Shown: positions 62,857 through 64,000 of the stretch, piece by piece
Layout: each line of letters begins with the position of its first letter
Position numbering within the stretch: the first letter of the stretch is position 1
Origin: Amoebidium appalachense
Taxonomy: Eukaryota > Protista > Ichthyosporea
DNA length: 64,000 nt
Direction: 5' to 3'
Assembly (NCBI GenBank): GCA_963693365.1
Contig: CAVNZM010000001.1
Coordinates: forward strand, 19,476,125 to 19,540,124
Made by a program: the position numbers and the translations under genes
Notes under the pieces: model-generated
What the model was told of the DNA's origin: nothing
What the model saw: the letters and a program-made list of their open reading frames with translations, nothing else
The model's database searches: none

Positions 62857-63403
62857 AAAAAACGTTCGCGGGGCATGTTTTTAAATCAAAATGTTTTTGG
62901 ACAGCCTGTCGTGTTCTTGCAGCCCTCGGCTGGGGCGGTGGGATGGGGTGGAGGGGGGCGGGGAGGGGGGAGGAGGGGGGAAGGGGGGGGGGGAAGGGGG
63001 GGACTTGGAAGGGAGGGAGGAGGTGGGGGCGGGGCAAGGGGGGAAGGGGGGGGGGGGGGGGTCGGAGGAGGTTGCGCGGCGCCCACAGAAGGGGGTGAGG
63101 GGTGGGGGGTGGGGGTTTGGGGGGGGGGGGGGGGGGGAGGGGTCGGCCAGGCCTCCGATAATTATAAGAACATCCAAAGGTTTGCCCATGGTGCACAGTC
63201 AAGAAGTTGCTAAACCTGAAAAAAAAGGGTTTGGCCGATAGCATATTCTATTTGCGGATGGTATCTCTGCTATCAGGTCTTAGGCCTGGCGTGGGTCGGC
63301 TGAAGAATGATTCCTCTTGGCAATGTGCGGGAACAAGAAAGAAAAAGTGCAGCCTTGTGTCTGTGTGTGTGTGCACGCGCTTGTGTGTGTGCTTTTTTTT
63401 TTT

Positions 63404-63455
<52 letters not shown>

Positions 63456-63775
63456 GGGGTAGAACGTGTGTTAGTGTTACAGAGCGCAAGGTACGCAAAC
63501 ACGAAGAACAGTGATTGAATCTGCAATGCAAACACAAAGAATGATGCATAATAGGCAGAGCCCGAGGTACTTTTGCACCACAGCCACACCACAGAAGGGG
63601 TTAGTGCAAAAATTCCGTTATTTTAATTTTTTTTTTTTTAATAAACTCAGTGTAGATGTTTGAACTGGCACCGAAGGCCTGCATGAAACGTACATGTATC
63701 GGACAATTTGTTGCACTGAGACTTAGATCGAACATATCAATAGTATTGAGTTCTCTTTATCATGAATATTCCAAA

Positions 63776-64000
63776 CTAGCCTGTACGGCCCCGCCCTCGC
63801 GGGCGGGCCTTATACACCACACCATTGCAACGACATAAGAAGCCTTAGAGAAAGAAAAGGGAAAAAAAGAGAAAAAAGGAGAAGAAAAAATAGAGGGAAA
63901 ATGAAATAAAAGACTGGGAATGAAAACAAATAAAAAGTAGTGCACATGGCATTGCAAATATGGGGCAGCGATCCCATCAACATAGCGCACGGCCTGTCCT
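63776..64000 (-). mobile_element. Helitron-like 3' terminus (element probably extends beyond the window)
   Basis: Minus strand: GC-rich hairpin GGCCCGCCC-GCGA-GGGCGGGGCC (63787-63809), 7 nt, then CTAG followed by T. This is the canonical Helitron 3' signature. The 5' end was not identified. Confidence 0.6.

Overview
Eukaryotic, intron-rich DNA (my guess is an opisthokont; the taxon cannot be fixed from sequence alone) saturated with poly-G/poly-C, (GT/CA)n and (GA/CT)n tracts, which generate nearly all of the long ORFs in the track. Two real genes lie head-to-tail on the minus strand. The first is a complete ATM/Tel1 PIKK kinase (53158->1481, about 70 exons by my manual splicing, TAN motif through FATC). 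The second is NOP58 (59838->54132, 12 exons). Two NOP58 introns carry box C/D snoRNAs whose D' guides point, by the +5 rule, to the positions of yeast 25S Am2640 (snR68) and Cm663 (snR58/human SNORD104). The most interesting signals are: (i) the orphan D-box guide of one snoRNA is complementary to the 5' splice site of its own host intron, a possible autoregulatory circuit; (ii) ATM 3' splice sites lack U-rich tracts and are abutted by (CA)n, poly-C or even poly-A, often with complementary repeats at the other end of the intron, a possible repeat/structure-based splicing code; (iii) a GC-AG intron follows a symmetric SQ-containing exon and contains an LTR-like promoter cassette. Also present: a TTAA piggyBac-like MITE, a Helitron 3' end, other small TIR elements and a disrupted SWIM-finger remnant. 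Exon coordinates are hand-derived and may be off by a few bases; rRNA targets are recalled from known yeast/human sequences, not searched.
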